Source: the human T2T-CHM13v2.0 reference genome, Homo sapiens
Assembly: GCF_009914755.1 (NCBI RefSeq)
Contig: NC_060925.1
DNA length: 64,000 nucleotides
Strand: one strand, 5' to 3'
The position numbers were made by a program, and so were the translations under genes. The notes under the pieces are model-generated. The model was not told the origin of the DNA. It saw only the letters and a program-made list of their open reading frames with translations, and searched no databases. This document shows positions 41,401-57,700 of this stretch, in pieces. The first letter of the stretch is position 1, and each line of letters opens with the position of its first letter.

Positions 41401-44400
41401 AATGGATTCGAATGGAATCATCGAATAAAATTGATTGAAATCATCATCGAATGGAATCGAATGGTATCATTGAATGGAATCGAATGGAATCATCATCAGA
41501 TGGAAATGAATGGAATCGTCATAGAATGGAATCGAATGGATTCATTGAATGGAATCAGATGGAATCATCGAATGGACTGGAATGGAATCATTGAATGGAC
41601 TCGAAAGGGATCATGATTGAATGGAATTGAATGGAATCATCGAATGGTCTCGATTGGAATCATTATCAAATGGAATCGAATGGAATCACCGAATAGAATC
41701 GAATGGAACAATCATCGAATGGACTCAAATGGAATTATCCTCAAATGGAATCGAATGGAATTATCGAATGCAATCGAATGGAATTATCGAATGCAATCGA
41801 ATATAATGATCGAATGGACTCGAATGGAATCATCGAATGGAATGGAATGGAACAGTCAATGAACTCGAATGGAATCATCATTGAATGGAATCGAACGGAA
41901 TCATCGAGTGGAATCGAATGGAATTATGATCAAATTGCAATCGAATGTAATCCTCATCAAATGGAATCAAAAATAACCATCATCAATTGGTATTGAATGG
42001 AATTGTCATCAAATGGAATTCAAAGGAATCATCATCAAATGGAACCGAATGGAATCCTCATTGAATGGAAATGAAAGGGGTCATCATCTAATGGAATCGC
42101 ATGGAATCATCATCAAATGGAATCGAATGGAATCATCATCAAATGGAATCTAATGGAATCATTGAACAGAATTGAATGGAATCGTCATCGAATGAATTGA
42201 ATGCAATCATCGAATGGTCTCGAATGGAATCATCTTCTAATGGAAAGGAATGGAATCATCGCATAGAATCGAATGGAATTATCATCGAATGGAATCGAAT
42301 GGTATCAACACCAAACGGAAAAAAACGGAATTATCGAATGGAATCGAAGAGAATCTTCGAACGGACCCGAATGGAATCATCTAATGGAATGGAATGGAAT
42401 AATCCATGGACTCGAATGCAATCATCATCGAATGGAATCGAATGGAATCATCGAATGGACTCGAATGGAATAATCATTGAACGGAATCGAATGGAATCAT
42501 CATCGGATGGAAACGAATGGAATCATCATCGAATGGAAATGAAAGGAGTCATCATCTAATGGAATTGCATGGAATCATCATAAAATGGAATCGAATGGAA
42601 TCAACATCAAATGGAATCAAATGGAATCATTGAACGGAATTGAATGGAATCGTCATCGAATGAATTGACTGCAATCATCGAATGGTCTCGAATGGAATCA
42701 ACTTCAAATGGAATGGAATGGAATCATCGCATAGAATCGAATGGAATTATCATCGAATGGAATCGAATGGAATCAACATCAAACGGAAAAAAACGGAATT
42801 ATCGAATGGAATCGAAGAGAATCATCGAATGGACCCGAATGGAATCATCTAATGGAATGGAATGGAATAATCCATGGACTCGAATGCAATCATCATCGAA
42901 TGGAATCGAATGGAATCATCGAATGGACTCGAATGGAATAATCATTGAACGGAATCGAATGGAATCATCATCGGATGGAAATGAATGGAATCATCATCGA
43001 ATGGAATCGAATAGAATTATGGAATGAAATCCAGTGTGATCATCATCGAATGGACCCGAATGGAATCATCATCCAACGGAAGCTAATGGAATCAACATCG
43101 AATGAATCGAATGGAAACACCATCGAATTGAAACGAATGGAATTATCATGAAATTGAAATGGATGGACTCATCATCGAATGGATTCGAATGGAATCATCG
43201 AATAAAATTGATTGAAATCATCATCCAATGGAATCGAATGGTATCATTGAATGGAATCGAATGGAATCATCATCAGATGGAAATGAATGGAATCGTCATA
43301 GAATGGAATCGAATGGATTCATTGAATGGAATCAGATGGAATCATCGAATGGACTGGAATGGAATCATTGAATGGACTCGAAAGGGATCATTATTGAATG
43401 GAATTGAATGGAATCATCGAATGGTCTCGATTGGAATCATTATCAAATGGAATGGAATGGAATCACCGAATAGAATCGAATGGAACAATCATCGAATGGA
43501 CTCAAATGGAATTATCCTCCAATGGAATCGAATGGAATTATCGAATGCAATCGAATGGAATTATCGAATGCAATCGAATAGAATCATCGAATGGACTCGA
43601 ATGGAATCATCGAATGGAATGGAATGGAACAGTCAATGAACTCGAATGGAATCATCATTGAATGGAATCGAATGGAATCATCGAGTGGAATCGAATGGAA
43701 TTATGATCAAATGGAATCGAATGTAATCCTCATCAAATGGAATCAAAAATAACCATCATCAATTGGTATTGAATGGAATTGTCATCAAATGGAATTCAAA
43801 GGAATCATCATCAAATGGAACCGAATGGAATCCTCATTGAATGGAAATGAAAGGGGTCATCATCTAATGGAATCGCATGGAATCATCATCAAATGGAATC
43901 GAATGGAATCATCATCAAATGGAATCTAATGGAATCATTGAACAGAATTGAATGGAATCGTCATCGAATGAATTGAATGCAATCATCGAATGGTCTCGAA
44001 TGGAATCATCTTCTAATGGAAAGGAATGGAATCATCGCATAGAATCGAATGGAATTATCATCGAATGGAATCGAATGGTATCACCATCAAACGGAAAAAA
44101 ACGGAATTATCGAATGGAATCGAAGAGAATCTTCGAATGGACCCGAATGGAATCATCTAATGGAATGGAATGGAATAATCCATGGACTCGAATGCAATCA
44201 TCATCGAATGGAATGGAATGGAATCATCGAATGGACTCGAATGGAATAATCATTGAACAGAATCGAATGGAATCATCATCGGATGGAAACGAATGGATTC
44301 ATCATCGAATGGAAATGAAAGGAGTCATCATCTAATGGAATTGCATGGAATCATCATAAAATGGAATCGAATGGAATCAACATCAAATGGAATCAAATGG

Positions 44401-45727
44401 AATCATTGAACGGAATTGAATGGAATCGTCATCGAATGAATTGACTGCAATCATCGAATGGTCTCGAATGGAATCATCTTCAAATGGAATGGAATGGAAT
44501 CATCGCATAGAATCGAATGGAATTATCATCGAATGGAATCGAATGGAATCAACATCAAACGGAAAAAAACGGAATTATCGAATGGAATCGAAGAGAATCA
44601 TCGAATGGACCCGAATGGAATCATCTAATGGAATGGAATGGAATAATCCATGGACTCGAATGCAATCATCATCGAATGGAATCGAATGGAATCATCGAAT
44701 GGACTCGAATGGAATAATCATTGAACGGAATCGAATGGAATCATCATCGGATGGAAATGAATGGAATCATCATCGAATGGAATCGAATAGAATTATGGAA
44801 TGAAATCCAGTGTGATCATCATCGAATGGACCCGAATGGAATCATCATCCAACGGAAGCTAATGGAATCAACATCGAATGAATCGAATGGAAACACCATC
44901 GAATTGAAACGAATGGAATTATCATGAAATTGAAATGGATGGACTCATCATCGAATGGATTCGAATGGAATCATCGAATAAAATTGATTGAAATCATCAT
45001 CCAATGGAATCGAATGGTATCATTGAATGGAATCGAATGGAATCATCATCAGATGGAAATGAATGGAATCGTCATAGAATGGAATCGAATGGATTCATTG
45101 AATGGAATCAGATGGAATCATCGAATGGACTGGAATGGAATCATTGAATGGACTCGAAAGGGATCATTATTGAATGGAATTGAATGGAATCATCGAATGG
45201 TCTCGATTGGAATCATTATCAAATGGAATGGAATGGAATCACCGAATAGAATCGAATGGAACAATCATCGAATGGACTCAAATGGAATTATCCTCCAATG
45301 GAATCGAATGGAATTATCGAATGCAATCGAATGGAATTATCGAATGCAATCGAATAGAATCATCGAATGGACTCGAATGGAATCATCGAATGGAATGGAA
45401 TGGAACAGTCAATGAACTCGAATGGAATCATCATTGAATGGAATCGAATGGAATCATCGAGTGGAATCGAATGGAATTATGATCAAATGGAATCGAATGT
45501 AATCCTCATCAAATGGAATCAAAAATAACCATCATCAATTGGTATTGAATGGAATTGTCATCAAATGGAATTCAAAGGAATCATCATCAAATGGAACCGA
45601 ATGGAATCCTCATTGAATGGAAATGAAAGGGGTCATCATCTAATGGAATCGCATGGAATCATCATCAAATGGAATCGAATGGAATCATCATCAAATGGAA
45701 TCTAATGGAATCATTGAACAGAATTGA
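23479..45727 (+). repeat. Canonical 1776-bp (S+L) zone with two S-S-L (2244-bp) units
   Basis: S starts at 27499, 29275, 31051 and at 35071, 36847, 38623, 40399 are 1776 apart. Doubled S modules sit at 25255/25723 and 32827/33295. Confidence 0.92.
24824..40093 (+). repeat. Tandem duplication, 2 x 7572 bp (5S+4L)
   Basis: Private variants recur at offset 7572, e.g. ctcgaacgg 24950/32522, gaaagtggt, tctaaggg, aaacagaattatcgta, ccgaacagaa, atgagttgact. Confidence 0.9.
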
Positions 45728-48700
45728 ATGGAATCGTCATCGAATGAATTGAATGCAATCATCGAATGGTCTCGAATGGAATCATCTTCTAATGGAAAGG
45801 AATGGAATCATCGCATAGAATCGAATGGAATTATCATCGAATGGAATCGAATGGTATCAACACCAAACGGAAAAAAACGGAATTATCGAATGGAATCGAA
45901 GAGAATCTTCGAACGGACCCGAATGGAATCATCTAATGGAATGGAATGGAATAATCCATGGACTCGAATGCAATCATCATCGAATGGAATCGAATGGAAT
46001 CATCGAATGGACTCGAATGGAATAATCATTGAACGGAATCGAATGGAATCATCATCGGATGGAAACGAATGGAATCATCATCGAATGGAAATGAAAGGAG
46101 TCATCATCTAATGGAATTGCATGGAATCATCATAAAATGGAATCGAATGGAATCAACAACAAATGGAATCAAATGGAATCATTGAACGGAATTGAATGAA
46201 ATCGTCATCGAATGAATTGAATGCAATCATCGAATGGTCTCGAATGGAATCATCTTCAAATGGAATGGAATGGAATCATCGCATAGAATCGAATGGAATT
46301 ATCATCGAATGGAATCGAATGGAATCAACATCAAACGGAAAAAAACGGAATTATCGAATGGAATCGAAGAGAATCATCGAATGGACCCGAATGGAATCAT
46401 CTAATGGAATGGAATGGAATAATCCATGGACTCGAATGCAATCATCATCGAATGGAATCGAATGGAATCATCGAATGGACTCGAATGGAATAATCATTGA
46501 ACGGAATCGAATGGAATCATCATCGGATGGAAATGAAAGGAGTCATCATCTAATGGAATTGCATGGAATCATCATAAAATGGAATCGAATGGAATCAACA
46601 TCAAATGGAATCAAATGGAATCATTGAACGGAATTGAATGGAATCGTCATCGAATGAATTGAAAGCAATCATCGAATGGTCTCGAATGGAATCATCTTCA
46701 AATGGAATGGAATGGAATCATCGCATAGAATCGAATGGAATTATCATCGAATGGAATCGAATGGAATCAACATCAAACGGAAAAAAACGGAATTATCGAA
46801 TGGAATCGAAGAGAATCATCGAATGGACCCGAATGGAATCATCTAATGGAATGGAATGGAATAATCCATGGACTCGAATGCAATCATCATCGAATGGAAT
46901 CGAATGGAATCATCGAATGGACTCGAATGGAATAATCATTGAACGGAATCGAATGGAATCATCATCGGATGGAAATGAATGGAATCATCATCGAATGGAA
47001 TCGAATAGAATTATGGAATGAAATCCAGTGTGATCATCATCGAATGGACCCGAATGGAATCATCATCCAACGGAAGCTAATGGAATCAACATCGAATGAA
47101 TCAAATGGAAACACCATCGAATTGAAACGAATGGAATTACCATGAAATTGAAATGGATGGACTCATCATCGAATGGATTCGAATGGAATCATCGAATAAA
47201 ATTGATTGAAATCATCATCGAATGGAATCGAATGGTATCATTGAATGGAATCGAATGCAATCATCATCAGATGGAAATGAATGGAATCGTCATAGAATGG
47301 AATCGAATGGATTCATTGAATGGAATCAGATGGAATCATCGAATGGACTGGAATGGAATCATTGAATGGACTCGAAAGGGATCATTATTGAATGGAATTG
47401 AATGGAATCATCGAATGGTCTCGATTGGAATCATTATCAAATGGAATCGAATGGAATCACCGAATAGAATCGAATGGAACAATCATCGAATGGACACAAA
47501 TGGAATTATCCTCAAATGGAATCGAATGGAATTATCGAATGCAATCGAATGGAATTATCGAATGCAATCGAATAGAATCATCGAATGGACTCGAATGGAA
47601 TCATCGAATGGAATGCAATGGAACAGTCAATGAACTCGAATGGAATCATCATTGAATGGAATCGAATGGAATCATCGAGTGGAATCGAATGTAATCATCA
47701 TCAAATGGAATCAAAAATAACCATCATCAAATGGAATCAAAAATAACCATCATCAATTGGTATTGAATGGAATTCTCATCAAATGGAATTCAAAGGAATC
47801 ATCATCAAATGGAACCGAATGGAATCCTCATTGAATGGAAATGAAAGGGGTCATCATCTAATGGAATCGCATGGAATCATCATCAAATTGAATCGAATGG
47901 AATCATCATCAAATGGAATCTAATGGAATCATTGAACAGAATTGAATGGAATCGTCATCGAATGAATTGAATGCAATCATCGAATGGTCTCGAATGGAAT
48001 CATCTTCTAATGGAAAGGAATGGAATCATCGCATAGAAACGAATGGAATTATCATCGAATGGAATCGAATGGTATCAACACCAAACGGAAAAAAACGGAA
48101 TTATCGAATGGAATCGAAGAGAATCTTCGAACGGACCCGAATGGAATCATCTAATGGAATGGAATGGAATAATCCATGGACTCGAATGCAATGATCATCG
48201 AATGGAATCCAATGGAATCATCGAATGGACTGGAATGGAATAATCATTGAACGGAATTGAATTGAATCATCATCGGATGGAAACGAATGGAATCATCATC
48301 GAATGGAAATGAAAGGAGTCATCATCTAATGGAATTGCATGGAATCATCATAAAATGGAATCGAATGGAATCAACATCAAATGGAATCAAATGGAATCAT
48401 TGAACGGAATTGAATGGAATCGTCATCGAATAAATTGAATGCAATCATCGAATGGTCTCGAATGGAATCATCTTCAAATGGAATGGAATGGAATCATCGC
48501 ATAGAATCGAATGGAATTATCATCGAATGGAATCGAATGGAATCAACATCAAACGGAAAAAAACGGAATTATCGAATGGAATCGAAGAGAATCATCGAAT
48601 GGACCCGAATGGAATCATCTAATGGAATGGAATGGAATAATCCATGGACTCGAATGCAATCATCATCGAATGGAATCGAATGGAATCATCGAATGGACTC

Positions 48701-51700
48701 GAATGGAATAATCATTGAACGGAATCGAATGGAATCAATATCGGATGGAAATGAAAGGAGTCATCATCTAATGGAATTGCATGGAATCATCATAAAATGG
48801 AATCGAATGGAATCAACATCAAATGGAATCAAATGGAATCATTGAACGGAATTGAATGGAATCGTCATCGAATGAATTGAATGCAATCATCGAATGGTCT
48901 CGAATGGAATCATCTTCAAATGGAATGGAATGGAATCATCGCATAGAATCGAATGGAATTATCATCGAATGGAATCGAATGGAATCAACATCAAACGGAA
49001 AAAAACGGAATTATCGAATGGAATCGAAGAGAATCATCGAATGGACCCGAATGGAATCATCTAATGGAATGGAATGGAATAATCCATGGACTCGAATGCA
49101 ATCATCATCGAATGGAATCGAATGGAATCATCCAATGGACTCGAATGGAATAATCATTGAACGGAATCGAATGGAATCATCATCGGATGCAAATGAATGG
49201 AATCATCATCGAATGGAATCGAATAGAATTATGGAATGAAATCCAGTGTGATCATCATCGAATGGACCCGAATGGAATCATCATCCAACGGATGCTAATG
49301 GAATCAACATCGAATGAATCAAATGGAAACACCATCGAATTGAAACGTATGGAATTACCATGAAATTGAAATGGATGGACTCATCATCGAATGGATTCGA
49401 AAGGAATCAACGAATAAAATTGATTGAAATCATCATCGAATGGAATCGAATGGTATCATTGAATGGAATCGAATGGAATCATCATCAGATGGAAATGAAT
49501 GGAATCGTCATAGAATGGAATCGAATGGATTCATTGAATGGAATCAGATGGAATCATCGAATGGACTGGAATGGAATCATTGAATGGACTCGAAAGAGAT
49601 CATGATTGAATGGAATTGAATGGAATCATCGAATGGTCTCGATTGGAATCATTATCAAATGGAATCGAATGGAATCACCGAATAGAATCGAATGGAACAA
49701 TCATCGAATGGACTCAAATGGAATTATCCTCAAATGGAATCGAATGGAATTATCGAATGCAATCGAATGGAATTATCGAATGCAATCGAATAGAATCATC
49801 GAATGGACTCGAATGGAATCATCGAATGGAATGGAATGGAACAGTCAATGAACTCGAATGGAATCATCATTGAATGGAATCGAATGGAATCATCGAGTGG
49901 AATCGAATGGAATTATGATCAAATGGAATCGAATGTAATCATCTTCAAATGGAATCAAAAATAACCATCATCAATTGGTATTGAATGGAATTGTCATGAA
50001 ATGGAATTCAAAGGAATCATCATCAAATGGAACCGAATGGAATCCTCATTGAATGGAAATGAAAGGGGTCATCATCTAATGGAATCGCATGGAATCATCA
50101 TCAAATGGAATCGAATGGAATCATCATCAAATGGAATCTAAAGGAATCATTGAACAGAATTTAATGGAATCGTCATTGAATGAATTGAATGCAATCATCG
50201 AATGGTCTCGAATGGAACCATCTTCTAATGGAAAGGAATGGAATCATCGCATAGAATCGAATGGAATTGTCATCGAATGGAATCGAATGGTATCAACACC
50301 AAACGGAAAAAAACGGAATTATCGAATGGAATCGAAGAGAATCTTCGAACGGACCCGAATGGAATCATCTAATGGAATGGAATGGAATAATCCAAGGACT
50401 CGAATGCAATCATCATCGAATGGAATCGAATGGAATCATCGAATGGACTCGAATGGAATAATCATTGAACGGAATCGAATGGAATCATCATCGGATGGAA
50501 ACGAATGGAATCATCATCGAATGGGAATGAAAGGAGTCATCATCTAATGGAATTGCATGGAATCATCATAAAATGGAATCGAATGGAATCAACATCAAAT
50601 GGAATCAAATGGAATCATTGAACGGAATTGAATGGAATCGTCATCGAATGAATTGAATGCAATCATCGAATGGTCTCGAATGGAATCATCTTCAAATGGA
50701 ATGGAATGGAATCATCGCATAGAATCGAATGGAATTATCATCGAATGGAATCGAATGGTATCAACATCAAACGGAAAATAACGGAATTATCGAATGGAAT
50801 CGAAGAGAATCTTCGAACGTACCCGAATGGAATCATCTAATGGAGTGGAATGGAATAATCCATGGACTCGAATGCAATCATCATCGAATGGAATCGAATG
50901 GAATCATCGAATGGACTCGAATGGAATAATCATTGAACGGAATCGAATGGAATCATCATCGGATGGAAATGAATGGAATCATCATCGAATGGAATCGAAT
51001 AGAATTATGGAATGAAATCCAGTGTGATCATCATCGAATGGACCCGAATGGAATCATCATCCAACGGAAGCTAATGGAATCAACATCGAATGAATCGAAT
51101 GGAAACACCATCGAATTGAAACGAATGGAATTATCATGAAATTGAAATGGATGGACTCATCATCGAATGGATTCGAATGGAATCATCGAATAAAATTGAT
51201 TGAAATTATCATCAAATGGAATCGAATGGTATCATTGAATGGAATCGAATGGAATCATCATCAGATGGAAATGAATGGAATCGTCATAGAATGGAATCGA
51301 ATGGATTCATTGAATGGAATCAGATGGAATCATCGAATGGACTGGAATGGAATCATTGAATGGACTCGAAAGGGATCATTATTGAATGGAATTGAATGGA
51401 ATCATCGAATGGTCTCGATTGGAATCATTATCAAATGGAATCGAATGGAATCACCGAATAGAATCGAATGGAACAATCATCGAATGGACTCAAATGGAAT
51501 TATCCTCAAATGGAATCGAATGGAATTATCGAATGCAATCGAATGGAATTATCGAATGCAATCGAATAGAATCATCGAATGGACTCGAATGGAATCATCG
51601 AATGGAATGGAATGGAACAGTCAATGAACTCGAATGGAATCATCATTGAATGGAATCGAATGGAATCATCGAGTGGAATCGAATGGAATTATGATCAAAT

Positions 51701-54700
51701 GGAATCGAATGTAATCATCATCAAATGGAATCAAAAATAACCATCATCAATTGGTATTGAATGGAATTGTCATCAAATGGAATTCAAAGGAAACATCATC
51801 AAATGGAACCGAATGGAATCCTCATTGAATGGAAATGAAAGGGGTCATCATCTAATGGAATCGCATGGAATCATCATCAAATGGAATCGAATGGAATCAT
51901 CATCAAATGGAATCTAATGGAATCATTGAACAGAATTTAATGGAATCGTCATCGAATGAATTGAATGCAATCATCGAATGGTCTCGAATGGAACCATCTT
52001 CTAATGGAAAGGAATGGAATCATCGCATAGAATCGAATGGAATTCTCATCGAATGGAATCGAATGGTATCAACACCAAACGGAAAAAAACGGAAATATCG
52101 AATGGAATCGAAGAGAATCTTCGAACGGACCCGAATGGAATCATCTAATGGAATGGAATGGAATAATCCATGGACTCGAATGCAATCATCATCGAATGGA
52201 ATCGAATGGAATCATCGAATGGACTCGAATGGAATAATCATTGAACGGAATCGAATGGAATCATCATCGGATGGAAACGAATGGAATCATCATCGAATGG
52301 AAATGAAAGGAGTCATCATCTAATGGAATTGCATGGAATCATCACCAAATGGAATCGAATGGAATCAACATCAAATGGAATCAAATGGAATCATTGAATG
52401 GAATTGAATGGAATCGTCATTGAATGAATTGAATGCAATCATCGAATGGTCTCGAATGGAATCATCTTCAAATGGAATGGAATGGAATCATCGCATAGAA
52501 TCGAATGGAATTATCATCGAATGGAATCGAATGGAATCAACATCAAACGGAAAAAAACGGAATTATCGAATGGAATCGAAGAGAATCATCGAATGGACCC
52601 GAATGGAATCATCTAATGGAATGGAATGGAATAATCCATGGACTCGAATGCAATCATCATCGAATGGAATCGAATGGAATCATCGAATGGACTCGAATGG
52701 AATAATCATTGAACGGAATCGAATGGAATCATCATCGGATGGAAATGAATGGAATCATCATCGAATGGAATCGAATAGAATTATGGAATGAAATCCAGTG
52801 TGATCATCATCGAATGGACCCGAATGGAATCATCATCCAACGGAAGCTAATGGAATCAACATCGAATGAATCAAATGGAAACACCATCGAATTGAAACGA
52901 ATGGAATTACCATGAAATTGAAATGGATGGACTCATCATCAAATGGATTCGAGTGGAATCATCGAATAAAATTGATTGAAATCATCATCGTATGGAATCG
53001 AATGGTATCATTGAATGGAATCGAATGGAATCATCTTCAGATGGAAATGAAAGGAATCATCATAGAATGGAATCGAATGGATTCATTGAATGGAATCAGA
53101 TGGAATCATTGAATGGACTGGAATGGAATCATTGAATGGACTCGAAAGGGATCATTATTGAATGGAATTGAATGGAATCATCGAATGGTCTCGATTGGAA
53201 TCATTATCAAATGGAATCGAATGGAATCACCGAATAGAATCGAATGGAACAATCATCGAATGGACTCAAATGGAATTATCCTCAAATGGAATGGAATGGA
53301 ATTATTGAATGCAATCGAATGGAATTATCGAATGCAATCGAATAGAATCATCGAATGGACTCGAATGGAATCATCGAATGGAATGGAATGGAACAGTCAA
53401 TGAACTCGAATGGAATCATCATTGAATGGAATCGAATGGAATCATCGAGTGGAATCGAATGTAATCATCATCAAATGGAATCGAATGTAATCATCATCAA
53501 GTGGAATCAAAAATAACCATCATCAATTGGTATTGAATGGAATTCTCATCAAATGGAATTCAAAGGAATCATCATCAAATGGAACCGAATGGAATCCTCA
53601 TTGAATGGAAATGAAAGGGGTCATCATCTAATGGAATCGCATGGAATCATCATCAAATGGAATCGAATGGAATCATCATCAAATGGAATCTAATGGAATC
53701 ATTGAAAAGAATTGAATGGAATCGTCATCGAATGAATTGAATGCAATCATCGAATGGTCTCGAATGGAATCATCTTCTAATGGAAAGGAATGGAATCATC
53801 GCATAGAATCGAATGGAATTATCATCGAATGGAATCGAATGGTATCAACACCAAACGGAAAAAAACGGAATTATCGGATGGAATCGAAGAGAATCTTCGA
53901 ACGGACCCGAATGGAATCATCTAATGGAATGAAATGGAATAATCCATGGACTCGAATGCAATCATCATCGAATGGAATCGAATGGAATCATCGAATGGAC
54001 ACGAATGGAATAATCATTGAACGGAATCGAATGGAATCATCATCGGATGGAAACGAATGGAATCATCATCGAATGGAAATGAAAGGAGTCATCATCTAAT
54101 GGAATTGCATGGAATCATCATAAAATGGAATCGAATGGAATCAACATCAAATGGAATCAAATGGAATCATTGAACGGAATTGAATGGAATCGTCATCGAA
54201 TGAATTGACTGCAATCATCGAATGGTCTCGAATGGAATCATCTTCAAATGGAATGGAATGGAATCATCGCATAGAATCGAATGGAATTATCATCGAATGG
54301 AATCGAATGGAATCAACATCAAACGGAAAAAAACGGAATTATCGAATGGAATCGAAGAGAATCATCGAATGGACCCGAATGGAATCATCTAATGGAATGG
54401 AATGGAATAATCCATGGACTCGAATGCAATCATCATCGAATGGAATCGAATGGAATCATCGAATGGACTCGAATGGAATAATCATTGAACGGAATCGAAT
54501 GGAATCATCATCGGATGGAAATTAAAGGAGTCATCATCTAATGGAATTGCATGGAATCATCATAAAATGGAATCGAATTGAATCAACATTAAATGGAATC
54601 AAATGGAATCATTGAACGGAATTGAATGGAATCGTCATCGAATGAATTGAATGCAATCATCGAATGGTCTCGAATGGAATCATCTTCAAATGGAATGGAA

Positions 54701-57700
54701 TGGAATCATCGCATAGAATCGAATGGAATTATCATCGAATGGAATCGAATGGAATCAACATCAAACGGAAAAATACGGAATTATCGAATGGAATCGAAGA
54801 GAATCATCGAATGGACCCGAATGGAATCATCTAATGGAATGGAATGGAATAATCCATGGACTCGAATGCAATCATCATCGAATGGAATCGAATGGAATCA
54901 TCGAATGGACTCGTATGGAATAATGATTGAACGGAATCGAATGGCATCGTCATCGGATGGAAATGAATGGAATCATCATCGAATGGAATCGAATAGAATT
55001 ATGGAATGAAATCCAGTGTGATCATCATCGAATGGACCCGAATGGAATCATCATCCAACGGAAGCTAATGGAATCAACATCGAATGAATCGAATGGAAAC
55101 ACCATCGAATTGAAACGAATGGAATTACCATGAAATTGAAATGGATGGACTCATCATCGAATGGATTCGAATGGAATCATCGAATAAAATTGATTGAAAT
55201 CATAATCGAATGGAATCGAATGGTATCATTGAATGGAATCGAATGGAATCATCATCAGATGGAAATGAATGGAATCGTCATAGAATGGAATCGAATGGAT
55301 TCATTGAATGGAATCAGATGGAATCATCGAATGGACTGGAATGGAATCATTGAATGGACTCGAAAGGGATCATTATTGAATGGAATTGAATGGAATCATC
55401 GAATGGTCTCGATTGGAATCATTATCAAATGGAATCGAATGGATTCACCGAATAGAATCGAATGGAACAATCATCGAATGGACTCAAATGGAATTATCCT
55501 CAAATGGAATCGAATGGAATTATCGAATGCAATCGAATGGAATTATCGAATGCAATCGAATAGAATCATCGAATGGACTCGAATGGAATCATCGAATGGA
55601 ATGGAATGGAACAGTCAATGAACTCGAATGGAATCATCATTGAATGGAATCGAATGGAATCATCGAGTGGAATCGAATGGAATTATGATCAAATGGAATC
55701 GACTGTAATCATCATCAAATGGAATCAAAAATAACCATCATCAACTGGTATTGAATGGAATTCTCATCAAATGGAATTCAAAGGAATCATCATCAAATGG
55801 AACTGAATGGAATCCTCATTGAATGGAAATGAAAGGGGTCATCATCTAATGGAATCGCATGGAATCATCATCAAATGGAATCGAATGGAATCATCATCAA
55901 ATGGAATCTGATGGAATCATTGAACAGAATTGAATGGAATCGTCATCGAATGAATTGAATGCAATCATCGAATGGTCTCGAATGTAATCACATTCTAATG
56001 GAAAGGAATGGAATCATCGCATAGAATCGAATGGAATTAACATTGAATGGACTCGAATGGAATCAACATCAAACGGAATCAAGCGGAATTATCGAATGGA
56101 ATCGAAGAGAATCATCGAATGGACTCGAATGGAATCATCTAATGGAATGGAATGGAATAATCCACGGACTCGAATGCAATCATCATCGTATAGAATCGAA
56201 TGGAATCATCGAATGGACTCGAATGGAATAACCATTGAACGGAATCGAATGGAATCATCATCGGATGGAAACGAATGGAATCATCATCGAATGGAAATGA
56301 AAGGAGTCATCATCTAATGGAATTGCATGGAATCATCATAAAATGGAATCGAATGGAATCATCATCAAATGGAATCAAATGGAAGCATTGAACGGAATTG
56401 AATGGAATCGTCATCGAATGAATTGAATGCAACCATCGAATGATCTCGAATGGAATCATCTTCAAATGGAATGGAATGGAATCATCGCATAGAATCGAAT
56501 GGAATTATCATCGAATGGAATCGAATGGTATCAACATCAAACGGAAAAAAACGGTATAATCGAATGGAATCAAAGAGAATCTTCGAATGGACCCGAATGG
56601 AATCATCTAATGGAATGGAATGGAATAATCCATGGACACGAATGCAATCATCATCGAATGGAATCGAATGGAATCATCGAATGGACTCGAATGGAATAAT
56701 CATTGAACGGAATCGAATGGAATCATCATCGGATGGAAATGAAAGGAGTCATCATCTAATGGAATTGCATGGAATCATCATAAAATGGAATCGAATGGAA
56801 TCATCATCAAATGGAATCAAATGGAATCATTGAACGGAATTGAATGGAATCGTCATCGAATGAATTGAATGCAATCATCGAATGGTCTCGAATGGAATCA
56901 TCTTCAAATGGAATGGAATGGAATCATCGCATAGAATCGAATGGAATTATCATCGAATGGATTCGAATGGTATCAACATCAAACGGAAAAAAACGGAATT
57001 ATCGAATGGAATCAAAGAGAATCTTCGAACGGACCCGAATGGAATCATCTAATGGAATGGAATGGAATAATCCATGGACTCGAATGCAATCATCATCGAA
57101 TGGAATCGAATGGAATCATTGAAAGGACTCGTATGGAATAATCATTGAACGGAATCGAATGGAATCATCATCGGATGGAAATGAATGGAATCATCATCGA
57201 ATGGAATCGAATAGAATTATGGAATGAAATCCAGTGTGATCATCATCGAATGGACCCGAATGGAATCATCATCCAACGGAAGCTAATGGAATCAACATCC
57301 AATGAATCGAATGGAAACACCATCGAATTGAAACGAATGGAATTTCCATGAAATTGAAATGGATGGACTCATCATCGAATGGATTCGAATGGAATCATCG
57401 AATAAAATTGATTGAAATCATCATCGAATGGAATCGAATGGTATCATTGAATGGAATCGAATGGAATCATCATCAGATGGAAATGAATGGAATCGTCATA
57501 GAATGGAATCGAATGGATTCATTGAATGGAATCAGATGGAATCATCGAATGGACTGGAATGGAATCATTGAATGGACTCGAAAGGGATCATGATTGAATG
57601 GAATTGAATGGAATCATCGAATGGTCTCGATTGGAATCATTATCAAATGGAATCGAATGGAATCACCGAATAGAATCGAATGGAACAATCATCGAATGGA

